Shown here one piece after another: positions 35,513 to 45,536 of a DNA stretch of 64,000 bases (the stretch's first letter is position 1; each line of letters starts with the position of its first letter). Location of the stretch: sequence record KM657822; one strand, written 5' to 3'. The translations under genes were made by a program, and so were the position numbers. This DNA is from Escherichia phage vB_EcoM-VpaE1. The notes under the pieces are model-generated. The model did no database searches. It was not told the origin of the DNA and was given only the letters and a program-made list of their open reading frames with translations.

Positions 35513-36616
35513 TTACTCATAATCCCTAATAACTAGCCCGACAGGGAACTGTAAAGAACCCTTACGAGTCATCTTCTGGAACTGAACCGTTAAAGGCTTC
35601 CCGATAAACTCTTCAGGATGCTCAGCAAGATACTGTTTCTTCTCATGAGTAGTCTTCCATGAGACATCTACAAAGACGTTAGGAAGAGTCTCTACAACGA
35701 ACTTGCCATGACCACGCTTATCAGTCTTTACACCAGTCACTTTAAACTCTTCAGTGTGCATCTTCTTGTGTTTAATCAAGAAGTATGAACGGTGACAACA
35801 CTCATAGAAGGAGTCTTCAGAGATTGAACGGTACATTGCACCTTCAAACTTAGCTTCAACCCACTTATCGTGAGCTTCATCAAACTCTTCCCAAGAATTT
35901 ACACGACGAGACTTAACAGGAACAACTTTACAGCCGTCTCTAAAGTCATTCAATGGTGAAGTCTCAATAATATCTCTACGTTCAGGCCATGTCTTAGTGC
36001 TATCACAGATGTCATACCAGTAGAACTTAAGAAGATGCCTGTCAGGGTTCTCTTCATTTTTAATCATGGAGACAATATCTTCCAAGTCCCATCCATGAGC
36101 ATAAATCTCACCATCGAAGTGTTTAACTTTTGGGTGAAGTAGCATCATCTTGTTAATATCACCGATTAGCTCACGGGGTATATGATACTCTGTGTTCTCT
36201 CTTGAGTATGCTATGAAGCCTTGAAAAGCTATAGTATCTCGTGTAATCCTACAACGTACACCATCCAGTTTCGGTTGAGCATCAGCAGGGAACTTCAAAT
36301 ACTTTGCATGGCTAACCTTTGCAGCATCATGAGCAAGCTGTACACCTACCTTCTCAGTATTCTGTGCAGATTCTTTTGTGTAAGCATAACCTTTACGGTC
36401 AACTTGCTTTTTATACTTAGCAGCAACTTCAAAGAGAGCTTGCTGTTCAGCGTTACGCTCATTCTTTTTACCGATGTTTTTAGGTTCTGCTGTATACTCT
36501 TCAAACATCATCTTGCCATTTTCTTTACCATAGGTTGTAATAACTTTGTCACCTACAGCAACGCATGACCAGACGTTGAAGGAACCATCTTTATTTTGTT
36601 TGTACAGAATTGTCAT
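35513..36616 (-). CDS. ATP-dependent DNA ligase
   Basis: Motif I KLDGVR, motif III FDGEIYAHG, motif IV EGAMYRS, motif V FLIKHKK. Confidence 0.8.
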   Translation of the reverse strand: MTILYKQNKDGSFNVWSCVAVGDKVITTYGKENGKMMFEEYTAEPKNIGKKNERNAEQQALFEVAAKYKKQVDRKGYAYTKESAQNTEKVGVQLAHDAAKVSHAKYLKFPADAQPKLDGVRCRITRDTIAFQGFIAYSRENTEYHIPRELIGDINKMMLLHPKVKHFDGEIYAHGWDLEDIVSMIKNEENPDRHLLKFYWYDICDSTKTWPERRDIIETSPLNDFRDGCKVVPVKSRRVNSWEEFDEAHDKWVEAKFEGAMYRSISEDSFYECCHRSYFLIKHKKMHTEEFKVTGVKTDKRGHGKFVVETLPNVFVDVSWKTTHEKKQYLAEHPEEFIGKPLTVQFQKMTRKGSLQFPVGLVIRDYE

Positions 36617-36819
36617 TTTCTCTTACCACCAATTTCTACGTCAATAACTTGAACATCACCAGCAACATCAAACTTATGAATGATACTTTCTACAGTGTAA
36701 GTCCAATCCTCAATGCGAACCAACTCACCTTCTCGTGGGACGATTGGGTTACGTTGAGCTACCGTTGTAGTGGAGTGAACAACATCATAACGATAGATAT
36801 AGTTTACTAAAACTTGCAT
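36613..36819 (-). CDS. hypothetical protein
   Basis: 68 aa ORF overlapping ligase start by 4 nt. Confidence 0.35.
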   Translation of the reverse strand: MQVLVNYIYRYDVVHSTTTVAQRNPIVPREGELVRIEDWTYTVESIIHKFDVAGDVQVIDVEIGGKRK

Positions 36820-36828
36820 AGTTTTCCC

Positions 36829-37047
36829 TTAAAAGGATAAGTCAATATCAATACGTTCACCCTTAAGGACTCCAGTACGGTCTTTTGCAATCTTCCCTTC
36901 AACAATAAGAATGTGTGCAGACCTTAAAGTGTCACTGTTAAAGGCTTTTACGAACTTGCTAGGCATCACTACAATACACATCTCCTGAATCAAATCTGGA
37001 GTGTAGCAGTTGTCGTGAAGTTGCTGAATAACGTCTGAAAGTGTCAT
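36829..37047 (-). CDS. hypothetical protein
   Basis: 72 aa ORF. Confidence 0.35.
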   Translation of the reverse strand: MTLSDVIQQLHDNCYTPDLIQEMCIVVMPSKFVKAFNSDTLRSAHILIVEGKIAKDRTGVLKGERIDIDLSF

Positions 37048-37108
37048 ATGGCCTCCTATATAAGATATTGTATAAGGTACTCTTCCATGAGCACCTTGTC
37101 AATACTAA

Positions 37109-37665
37109 TTAGTGTACTTCAAGCCAATTCTTACCAACTTTACCAGTACCAGTTACAAGCGTTTCCTCCTTAAGCCCTAAGTTTCTTGATGCCTGACCAT
37201 ACATCCAGTCAATCACTGCTTTAACATCCTGTGTCATCTCTTCTGGGCACTCCCAACTATTCTCATCGTGGTATGCCAAAAGCAATCTAGCACCAATAGC
37301 TGGTTTTCGACCATTCAGCTTTGTAAGACCCTCTTCACAAGTTCTTCTACAAGCGAGGTTGATGGCTTCATTCTGAACCTGACTTTCCGAACCCATGAGC
37401 AGATAATTCAATAGCTTGTGTGGAGATTTACACCACAACCATGCACCAGCAACCTTTACAAAACCACCTTTAGAGATTGCAGCAGTCTTACCAAATACCT
37501 CTTCAAGAGCCTTCTTAGTGGCTTTGAAGTCTGCTTCTAAATTATCTATCAACTTCTTAATTTTAGGGAGGCGTACAAAGTATGTTTGCTTAGTTAAAGC
37601 ACCCTCCTCAGTTGTAGATGCTTTAATCGTCTTAGCAAATTTCTCATCGCCAGCCCCGAACAATA
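37109..37665 (-). CDS. DNA polymerase (family A) exon 2
   Basis: Begins with second half of motif B (LFGAGDEKFAK) and carries motif C (LLAYHDE); no ATG start. Confidence 0.7.
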
Positions 37666-37876
37666 CATCTGGTCAATACACTCGCAAGGTGTACCAGTTC
37701 TCTTATGAACTTCTCCGCATTTCTACGGAGTGTCGGACTATATCACGTAGCAGTGGTGCTACCGTTGCACTTGGGGATGGTCATTAGCTTACCACCCTAC
37801 TCTACTCAGTTCATACGTTAAGTATGCTTTTCGATAGTCTCTGAACGTTTCTCTGTTAGGAATCTCTATAGTTATG

Positions 37877-38113
37877 TTATTTGCTTAGGTAGTCAATTGC
37901 TCTTTGCATATTATCAACGCTATCTGCAAGCAACCCCAAAGCTCTGTTGCAATTGTGGCATAACATACCTCTTACCTTTCCGGTTTTGTGGTCATGGTCA
38001 ACAACAAGCTTAGCCTTGTGTCGTGAACCATTCATGATAAAACCTTCACCGCCACAAATTTGACATTTGTAATCACAGTTGCGGAGTAGAGTTTCGACCT
38101 CTTCTCTTTCCAA
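37877..38113 (-). CDS. intron-encoded HNH endonuclease domain
   Basis: CDYKCQICGG ... DHDHKTGKVRGMLCHNCNRALG HNH motif. Confidence 0.7.
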   Translation of the reverse strand: MEREEVETLLRNCDYKCQICGGEGFIMNGSRHKAKLVVDHDHKTGKVRGMLCHNCNRALGLLADSVDNMQRAIDYLSK

Positions 38114-38337
38114 GCCATATTATGTCCTTTCTCACCGCAATGTGATGAACAATAAACTTGCCTTGCTGTTCTCGGCATGAACACCTCCTCACAGCTAGGA
38201 CATTTCTTAGTAAGAACCCTGTGTTCTGCCCTTCTGTCAAATTTTAACACACAACTTCTGCACCGTTTTTGATTGTATTGGTACGGTTTAAACTCCGTGC
38301 CACACTCAGTGCATAATCTCTCTTCGTAACCTGCCAT
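38032..38337 (-). CDS. intron ORF N-terminal Zn-finger segment (possibly same gene as HNH via frameshift)
   Basis: ATG 38337 preceded by AAGGAGAGAG; Cys-rich (CTECG, CRSC, CPSC, CSSHC); overlaps HNH ORF in another frame. Confidence 0.4.
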   Translation of the reverse strand: MAGYEERLCTECGTEFKPYQYNQKRCRSCVLKFDRRAEHRVLTKKCPSCEEVFMPRTARQVYCSSHCGEKGHNMAWKEKRSKLYSATVITNVKFVAVKVLS

Positions 38338-38445
38338 TATCTCTCTCCTTTGTTTTAGGAGTCCTAACAGAGACTTCGCTGCTGATTACCATATCTTTAC
38401 AGACTTAGGCTTCCAGCAATTCACAACGTTTTACATGCGCCACTG

Positions 38446-40588
38446 ACGCATAAATGCCATTTTTGGCTTTCTTACGACCTTTGCTAATTTCTTGAAGAAG
38501 ATTTGTATCCTGAGTGGCTCGACAGGTCAAGATGTCTTCCTCTTTATTAAGGCTGAAGTAGATGCTATTTAAAGTATGCGCATCAGTTCCTGAGTACACT
38601 ACGTACAAGTCATTTTCCGAATCATAATGCAAATACTTGTCAATCTCTGGGTTTAGATACTGGTCAAAATGTTTGCAATAGTACCTGCCATCCTCTTGTT
38701 TGACGAACTCAACCTCTTCTTTACCCTCTGTTACTGCTTTAGTGAACTCTTTATCACCCATAAAGTTACACAGCAGTACAAGTTGCGCGCTATTCATATC
38801 TGCTGAAACAATATTAGTTCCTTCCTCACAAGTCCAAACCTCCCTCATAGGTGCTCCATAGACAGCAGCACCAGACGGTACGTTTACAATACCATATTGT
38901 GTCATACGTCCAGTTGAAGTACCAAACACCATTGCACCAGCACTAAGGCGACCATCAGGACGAATCTGGTTCAACCAACCTTTTTCATCATCCTTTGAGT
39001 TCTCAATAGTTCTGCGTCGGTGCATCAAAGTATAGTATTTCGCAATCTTCTGTCCAAGCTCACCTTCAATCGTATCATAGGATGATTCGGTAAGTTTTGG
39101 TGAAGTACGGATTAAGCAAGGTTCAAGCAAATCTGTGTACTTCTTAACAGACCAGTTATGCTCAATGTACTGTACACCTTCGTGCTCAACATAACTCAAA
39201 CCACACCGCTCGACCATTTCCTGCCACTTAGGATGCTTTGTAATCATCTTTTTATTGTCTTTGAAACGACAAACTTTGACAGGGCGACCGTCTGAGTCTT
39301 TCTTGTAGTTCCAGTCATCTGGAATCCAACCAACTGATTTCAAGTAGTCTTTAACAACTGCTACCTGAGTCATACGAGAAACTTCAAACTCAATTGGTGT
39401 ATATGGTGCATCAATCAAACCTGTGTAGCGACTTGACTCAAGTCCAAAGTGGTTAACAACGTGGCTGTTATAGTACTTCACAGTTTTGACTGTTTTTACT
39501 GGCTTCCAGTCTTTGCATTTCTTACCAATCTTTGCGTTCAACTCATTGCAAATTGCACGAGCATCCTTCATTGCTACAAAGCCTTCCTTGTACTCTTCAC
39601 CAGTTACAGAGTTGGTTGGTGTATAGCAATTTCTCTTTTCAATGTTAAAAATCTTTGTAGTTGGCTTACCAAATGGCTTGATTTCATATGTCTGCATCTC
39701 ACCGTTACGTACCTGCTGACGATACTTTGTCTTAGGATACTTGGTAATTCTTTTCAGTCCATCTGCATGACCAAATGTTTCAACATACTCATTCCAAGCT
39801 TTTGCAAACTCTTCTCCAGTGACTTTACCTTTGGTCTTAATAGTTGGAGGTAGATGTGGTTCAACCTCTGAAGCAAGCTCATTAGTCAACTTGTCAAGTT
39901 CCTTTACATGGAACTCCATAAGCTCTTTATCAGCTTTCCAACCATTGATAGCTTGTTGGCTCATCCAGAAAGATGTCTCTTTAGCTCGCATGTAAGTTTC
40001 ATAAGTGTCTATACCACACTTCTTAAGCTTGAGATATTCATTATCAAGTGCCCGTTTAGTTTTGGCGTTGATACGGATATCTTCTACAACACGAGTGAAG
40101 ATTTCTGCATTCCACACACCCCAATGTTCAATCTCTGGTTTACGAACACCAACACGAGCACCCCATGCAGCCAAACCATGAGCACCTTTATAGCCCTTTG
40201 GAGTTGGTCTATCCATCCACTGAACACGAGACTGGATAAGAGAATCCTGAAAGAAATTACTCCACGGTTTACACTTTGGATTATCAAAGTTCCATAAATC
40301 AGGTGCAATGTGATTGAAAACCCACCAGTCATAACCGAGACCATTATGGATGCAAAGACGTTTTGCCTTTAACGCAAACTCAATGCCTTCACGTAAGCCA
40401 CCCTTAATGTACTTGGTATACTTGTGACCGAGGATAGGCTCATCTGTAAAGACCCATACAGGCGGCTCTTCATCGTCAGATTTATAGTCTGCGAAAGCCA
40501 TTACGTGCACTTTAGTGAACTCAAGGAGTAAACCATCAGTTTCTGTATCACCAACTAAATGTAAGTTTTTAAAATCTACGTTTTCCAT
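38446..40588 (-). CDS. DNA polymerase (family A) exon 1: 3'-5' exonuclease and polymerase motif A
   Basis: Exo I VGDTETDGL; motif A VSADMNSAQLVLLCNFMG; first half of motif B GRKKAKNGIY; start ATG 40588 behind GAGGGAG. Confidence 0.8.
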
Positions 40589-40845
40589 TTTTACTCCCTC
40601 TAAAATCATTAACCTCATACATTACTGCAAAAAATTATAAAAAGCAAGTTGACAATGCACTTGACAAGGTGTTAATCTTTGCGAAGTGGGTTTTTACTTA
40701 AAAGGTTACTTAACAGTTTAACTATACAGATACTTTAAAACTCTTAAAAGATTATTTAATAGCTTTTAAAAAGCTTTAAAGTATAACGTATAGAATACGT
40801 TAAGATAAAAGATTAAAACTTAATAGTTACTTAAAAGAGGCTTAC

Positions 40846-41268
40846 ATGCAGAAAATGTTTGTTCACCCAGACATAGCTGACTTTGTTAGAGCTTTGCACA
40901 AGTTGGAAGAACTTGACATTGCTGCTCAACGGGAATATGCTCACCATCACAGGAGAATGGTTGATATACAACATGAAATAGAGTTGTCTGAAAACTATGA
41001 AGATGACTTAAAATGCTCTGTATTTGAGCATATGAAAGATGTTGCTACAGCGAGACGTAAAGCTAAAGACACAGTTGCTTTACTAGATTCTCTTAAAAAG
41101 AGGTTGCAAAGTGGTACAGACCTGTGTAATCTAGCGTCACTGATTAACGATGTTGAAACTTCTTGGGATAGGCACTACTATCCACGTTCTGAAAAGACAC
41201 TTGACTTTTCTTCATCCGAAAACTTAAAATGTTCTAGAAAGAAACTTAACCAACTGAGAGAGAAATAA
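40846..41268 (+). CDS. hypothetical early protein
   Basis: 140 aa ORF after AT-rich divergent intergenic region. Confidence 0.4.
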   Translation: MQKMFVHPDIADFVRALHKLEELDIAAQREYAHHHRRMVDIQHEIELSENYEDDLKCSVFEHMKDVATARRKAKDTVALLDSLKKRLQSGTDLCNLASLINDVETSWDRHYYPRSEKTLDFSSSENLKCSRKKLNQLREK

Positions 41269-41269
41269 T

Positions 41270-42061
41270 ATGAATATCGATGTAGAAAAGATGCTTGAAG
41301 AGAAAGGTATTGATGAAGCATTTTTAATCAATTCCGTAGAAAGCATGGCTATGATTCTTCGTGGAAACAACTATACAGAACAGTTTATGCCTGCAATATA
41401 TAACCTGCCTAAAGACAAGTCTGATAACGGTGCTTTTGCAGAACAGGTCAATATGATGCTGACAGACACTACACTTGCTTTGGCATCTATAGTCGTAGGT
41501 GTTGATGCTCTTGCAGAGTTCATTTTTAAGGAGATGCAGAAAAATGACTATATCTCCCTTAACTCTGAAGAGAAGGACTTGTTACTGTCATTAGGTAATA
41601 ATGAGTTAATTTCCATGATAATTTCATCAACAAGTGCTGTTATGGCTGCTCTTGAGAAGCGAATGGAAGAGAAGTTGTCACGATATGAAAAACTTGATTG
41701 GGGTGTAGAAGAACTAAACCAACGAATCCAAGAAATTATCCAGCAAACCAAAGATTCTTTGGAAGAAGCTGTTGAAAATGACTCTGTAGCTGATATAGAA
41801 CCTCTTCAGGTGAAAGTTGCACTGATGATTCCAGCTATCTCTACGATGATGAATATTGTTGCACTAATCCAACTTTCACAGATGATGGGTGTAAGTATTG
41901 AGTTCATTGAAGAGGTGACTGGTGGCGTTAGTATGCAAGCAATCAATGATGTTTTGGTGAACATTGGTGCTTCCATCATTGAAGAGAAACTACGCATTAA
42001 CTTCGGTGATGATTTTGTGAAGCAACTCTCAGCTATGGCTGAAAAAGAGTCTGCTGAGTAA
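41270..42061 (+). CDS. hypothetical protein
   Basis: 263 aa ORF coupled to upstream gene. Confidence 0.4.
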   Translation: MNIDVEKMLEEKGIDEAFLINSVESMAMILRGNNYTEQFMPAIYNLPKDKSDNGAFAEQVNMMLTDTTLALASIVVGVDALAEFIFKEMQKNDYISLNSEEKDLLLSLGNNELISMIISSTSAVMAALEKRMEEKLSRYEKLDWGVEELNQRIQEIIQQTKDSLEEAVENDSVADIEPLQVKVALMIPAISTMMNIVALIQLSQMMGVSIEFIEEVTGGVSMQAINDVLVNIGASIIEEKLRINFGDDFVKQLSAMAEKESAE

Positions 42062-42087
42062 CTGCACTAAGTCTTTATAAATCTTAC

Positions 42088-42112
42088 AAGCCTCCTTAGT
42101 TGGGGGCTTTTT
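42088..42112 (+). terminator. terminator-like hairpin
   Basis: AAGCCTCC-ttagtt-GGGGGCTT followed by TTTT. Confidence 0.4.
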
Positions 42113-42131
42113 AGTAATTAATGGAGATAAA

Positions 42132-42875
42132 ATGAGTAATATTATAGCATTTACTGGAAAGGCGCGTTCTGGAAAAGACACCTCATGTTCTATTGTTAAA
42201 AATATTCTAGAAGATGAGTATGGCTACAATGTTGCAGTAATGGCCTATGCAGACAACCTTAAGCTATCTGCATCAAAGATATTTGACTTGACGTGGAATG
42301 ACCTGTACGGTGAAACTAAAGAGACTCCACAGGTTTTTGATTTATCATACTCTGAACTTATGTTTAAAGTTACAGAAGCTATGGAGTTTACCTTCAGGGG
42401 CGAACGTTATCATACGGACTTCAAACTTATGTCAGAGTTAACCGGACGATTAATTATGGAGCTTAAGAAGGTTGCTAAACCGACTCTATTGACACGTCTG
42501 GGATTTAGTAAAAAGTATAAATTCTCATCAAGGCAAATTCAACAGATTTGGGGTACTGAAGTTATCCGTAAAGTTATGGGTGACAAATTCTGGGCTAAAG
42601 ACCTCGAAAAACGAATGGCAAATTTCTTTGACGTTTGCTCACTTAGAAATCAAGAGGGTGTTGTTTTAATCAGCGACTTAAGGTTTGACTCCGAAGCTGA
42701 GTGGCTGAGTAGATTTGCACACCAAACTATCGAAGTAAAAAGAGACAATGTGGACAAGGTTTCATCACATGTTTCAGAAAATGGGATTTCTACTAAATAT
42801 GCGCGTGACATTATCCATAATAATGGTACTCTTGAAGACCTTGAAAGCAAGCTAAGAGCTATCCTGAAAATTTAA
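42132..42875 (+). CDS. deoxynucleoside monophosphate kinase (T4 gp1-like)
   Basis: N-terminal P-loop AFTGKARSGKDT matching the recalled T4 Dnk signature GxxRSGKDT. Confidence 0.55.
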   Translation: MSNIIAFTGKARSGKDTSCSIVKNILEDEYGYNVAVMAYADNLKLSASKIFDLTWNDLYGETKETPQVFDLSYSELMFKVTEAMEFTFRGERYHTDFKLMSELTGRLIMELKKVAKPTLLTRLGFSKKYKFSSRQIQQIWGTEVIRKVMGDKFWAKDLEKRMANFFDVCSLRNQEGVVLISDLRFDSEAEWLSRFAHQTIEVKRDNVDKVSSHVSENGISTKYARDIIHNNGTLEDLESKLRAILKI

Positions 42876-42883
42876 AAGAGAGA

Positions 42884-43084
42884 ATGAAGATGAGAGTAAA
42901 AGATAATTTTAAAGTTATTGACCATCGTTTAGTGGAACTCTCATCTCTTTCCAATGAGGTAATGATTGAACGTCTTAAGAGAGTTGAATCACGAAGGAAA
43001 GAGATTGCAGATGAAATTCATGAACTGGACAAGATTGAAAATGGATTGAAGGCAGAACTACAACGAAGAGGTGCTAATGTCTAA
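42884..43084 (+). CDS. hypothetical small protein
   Basis: 66 aa ORF. Confidence 0.3.
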   Translation: MKMRVKDNFKVIDHRLVELSSLSNEVMIERLKRVESRRKEIADEIHELDKIENGLKAELQRRGANV

Positions 43085-45062
43085 AGGTCGTAAATTGAAA
43101 GAGGCTGGTCAGTTTATTGGTCATTGTGCATGTCCACGTTGTGGTTCATCAGATGCTGGTTCAATCTACCACCATGACGATGATTCTTATTCGATGACTT
43201 GCTTTAGCTGTAACAAAGGTTTCCCAGAGTGGGATTTTGATAAAGGACAAATCGTGAGCACTTATTCTACTGGTTCAGATAATAAAAACCGTACTTTCCG
43301 TGGAATGGATTTAGACGATGTAAAAGAAAACCTTGAAGCAATGGACTTAAAGGACAGGAAGATTCCTGCAAAAGTTCTTGAGCGTTTGGGTATCAAGGTT
43401 GACATTGACAGTGACGGTGAAATTGACGCACATTTCTACCCAACTTACAAACGCAATGAAGATGGCAAGCTAGAGCATGTTGGCTACCGTGTTCGTCACC
43501 GTTACCCAGAAGACCATCCAAAAGAGCACCTACGTGGTAAGTTAAAAGACTTTTCTGGTGGTGTTGGAGACATTAAAGGTGAGCTGGCAATGTTCGGTTC
43601 ATGGATTGCTCCAGAAGGTGGTAACCGTCTATTCATCTGGGAAGGTGAGATGGAATGTGCGACAGCAATCTATATGACTTCTCTTGCGATTAAAGACAAG
43701 TCTCGTCGTAAGAATTACTGTCACGTATCTGTTCCATCAGGTGCAAACATCAAGTCTATCAAAGATAACTATCAGTACATTACATCCTTTGATGAAATTT
43801 ACTTGTGCTTTGATAACGATGAAGCAGGTGCTAAAGCCACTAAAGAGGCTGCTGGTATCCTCCCTATTGAGAAGGTTCGTTTATTCCAGTACCCAGAGGG
43901 TGTAAAAGACCTTAACGAGTGGTGGACAAAGTTCTATAAAGAGAAAGATACAGTTCTGGAAGGATTTAAGCAGCGTATCTACAATGCACCTCGTTACTGT
44001 CCTGCTGGTATCAAGAACTTCGCAGATGGTTTTGAGGCAATGAAGAATCGTGGTCAGATTCCATTGATTCCTTTCCCAGAATCTTTCGGGGATTTGAACA
44101 GACTGACTTATGGTGGTTACGGTTTAGGCGAGATTACGACTATTGCAGCACCATCTTCAGTAGGTAAGTCAGCTTACACTCGTGAGATGATTTATTCAGC
44201 TTGGAAAGAAACTGATTATAATATCGGTGTAATCCCTGTAGAAGATACCTATGAAGAGTTGATGGAAATGCTCTGTGCAATCCACCTGAGCAAACAGATT
44301 TCTGAGATTCCTTATGATGAACGAGATTGGGATGAATTAAAGGGAGCACACGCAGAGCTTTCAAAAGGTCGTCGCATCCATATCGTTGACCATCAAGGGG
44401 CAATTGACCAAGATAACCTGCTGGAGTTTGTTGACTATCTTGTTAACAGTTTAGACTGTAAGATTATTATTCTTGACCCTATTACGTTGGCTCTGTCACG
44501 TTCTGATACGGATGAAGAGGAAGTCTTGTCTGAACTATTGCGTCGTTGCAAACGCTACCAGTATGCACAGGTAAACGTCTGTCACGTTCGTAAAAGTGCA
44601 GGTGGTCAGAAGGCTAACTCTGAAGGTGGAGATATCTCTGAAGAGGATATTAAAGGCTCTGGTGCGTATTTCCAGATTTCTATGAACAACATTCTGTTAA
44701 TGCGTAACAAGGTTGACCCAGACCCTGTTAAGAAAAACTTGACAAAAATCAAGTTAACTAAGTGTCGTCGTCACGGTAAGTCAACGGGTATTGCTGGTCA
44801 TACTTGGTACAATCCAGATACAGGACGTCTCATCAAAGCATCTGGTTGTGGGGTTGACATTGATGGTGCAGCAGAAAACATTCGCCAGCAGTTTGGTATT
44901 GGTGAAGCTGAAGACCATTATGATGATTCTTTACCGCATTATGAGGATGAAGTGTTTGACCGTGAGACTGGTGAAGTCTATGCTGAAGAGCAGCGTCAAA
45001 GCTCAACGATTCCACCTGTATTAAGTGAGGATGCAGATGACTGCCCGTTCGAAACTGAGTGA
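43077..45062 (+). CDS. DNA primase-helicase (T7 gp4-like)
   Basis: Zn ribbon CACPRCGSS ... CFSCNKG; TOPRIM-like IWEGEMECA ... CFDNDEAG; Walker A APSSVGKSAYT; Walker B IIILDPIT. Confidence 0.8.
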   Translation: MSKGRKLKEAGQFIGHCACPRCGSSDAGSIYHHDDDSYSMTCFSCNKGFPEWDFDKGQIVSTYSTGSDNKNRTFRGMDLDDVKENLEAMDLKDRKIPAKVLERLGIKVDIDSDGEIDAHFYPTYKRNEDGKLEHVGYRVRHRYPEDHPKEHLRGKLKDFSGGVGDIKGELAMFGSWIAPEGGNRLFIWEGEMECATAIYMTSLAIKDKSRRKNYCHVSVPSGANIKSIKDNYQYITSFDEIYLCFDNDEAGAKATKEAAGILPIEKVRLFQYPEGVKDLNEWWTKFYKEKDTVLEGFKQRIYNAPRYCPAGIKNFADGFEAMKNRGQIPLIPFPESFGDLNRLTYGGYGLGEITTIAAPSSVGKSAYTREMIYSAWKETDYNIGVIPVEDTYEELMEMLCAIHLSKQISEIPYDERDWDELKGAHAELSKGRRIHIVDHQGAIDQDNLLEFVDYLVNSLDCKIIILDPITLALSRSDTDEEEVLSELLRRCKRYQYAQVNVCHVRKSAGGQKANSEGGDISEEDIKGSGAYFQISMNNILLMRNKVDPDPVKKNLTKIKLTKCRRHGKSTGIAGHTWYNPDTGRLIKASGCGVDIDGAAENIRQQFGIGEAEDHYDDSLPHYEDEVFDRETGEVYAEEQRQSSTIPPVLSEDADDCPFETE

Positions 45063-45315
45063 TAGTTATAAAAGAGAGGGATTCACACCCTTCTTTGAAG
45101 AAAAAAGTTTAAATAAATTTCAGGAAGAGTGTTTGACAAAGATTGATAGGTTCTATAGAATGCTCTACATGAAATGTGATGGAGGTGTTGAGGTAGAAGA
45201 AAAGTTCCATCACAGTATTATCACAGTCTCTATTACTATACCTGAACATAATATTGGTTGGCTGTTTATAATGAAAGAAAATGTGTTTGAATATCAAGTA
45301 TATCGGAGAATATCA

Positions 45316-45465
45316 TGAAACACTCTAAAGCATTTGAAAAAGTTTTTGGGGATTCCTTAAAAGCCACTGCTGGAAAACCAGCAAAATACTATGAAGAAAA
45401 ACGTGTAAGAACTGGAAAAACTGCACGTAAAGCAGCTTCTAAAGATAAGCACAACTTCCAGTAAT
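45316..45465 (+). CDS. possible small basic protein
   Basis: 49 aa ORF MKHSKAFEKVF...KHNFQ below the ORF-track cutoff. Confidence 0.2.
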
Positions 45466-45471
45466 TAGTAT

Positions 45472-45500
45472 TTGACAATAGAGTATCAACAAATTAGAAT
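45472..45500 (+). promoter_or_regulatory. sigma70-like promoter TTGACA-N17-TAGAAT
   Basis: Exact TTGACA at 45472-45477, 17 nt spacer, TAGAAT at 45495-45500. Confidence 0.5.
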
Positions 45501-45536
45501 TGGTACTCTTCATAAATTGAGATAGAGGTTTAAATA

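Larger units (their letters stand above)
37666..38445 (-). mobile_element. group I intron in DNA polymerase gene
   Basis: Exon1 ends AUGCGU, pairs with intron GCGCAU (G-U at splice site); intron ends in G; P/Q/R/S-like elements AATTGCTGGAAG, GGTAATCAGCAGCG, GTTCAGAGACTA, GATATAGTCCGAC. Confidence 0.75.

Noticed and set aside
37109-40618. Polymerase split by a free-standing endonuclease insertion into two genes
   Set aside because: Exon 2 has no start codon or SD, the junction restores motif B exactly, and group I intron core elements are present
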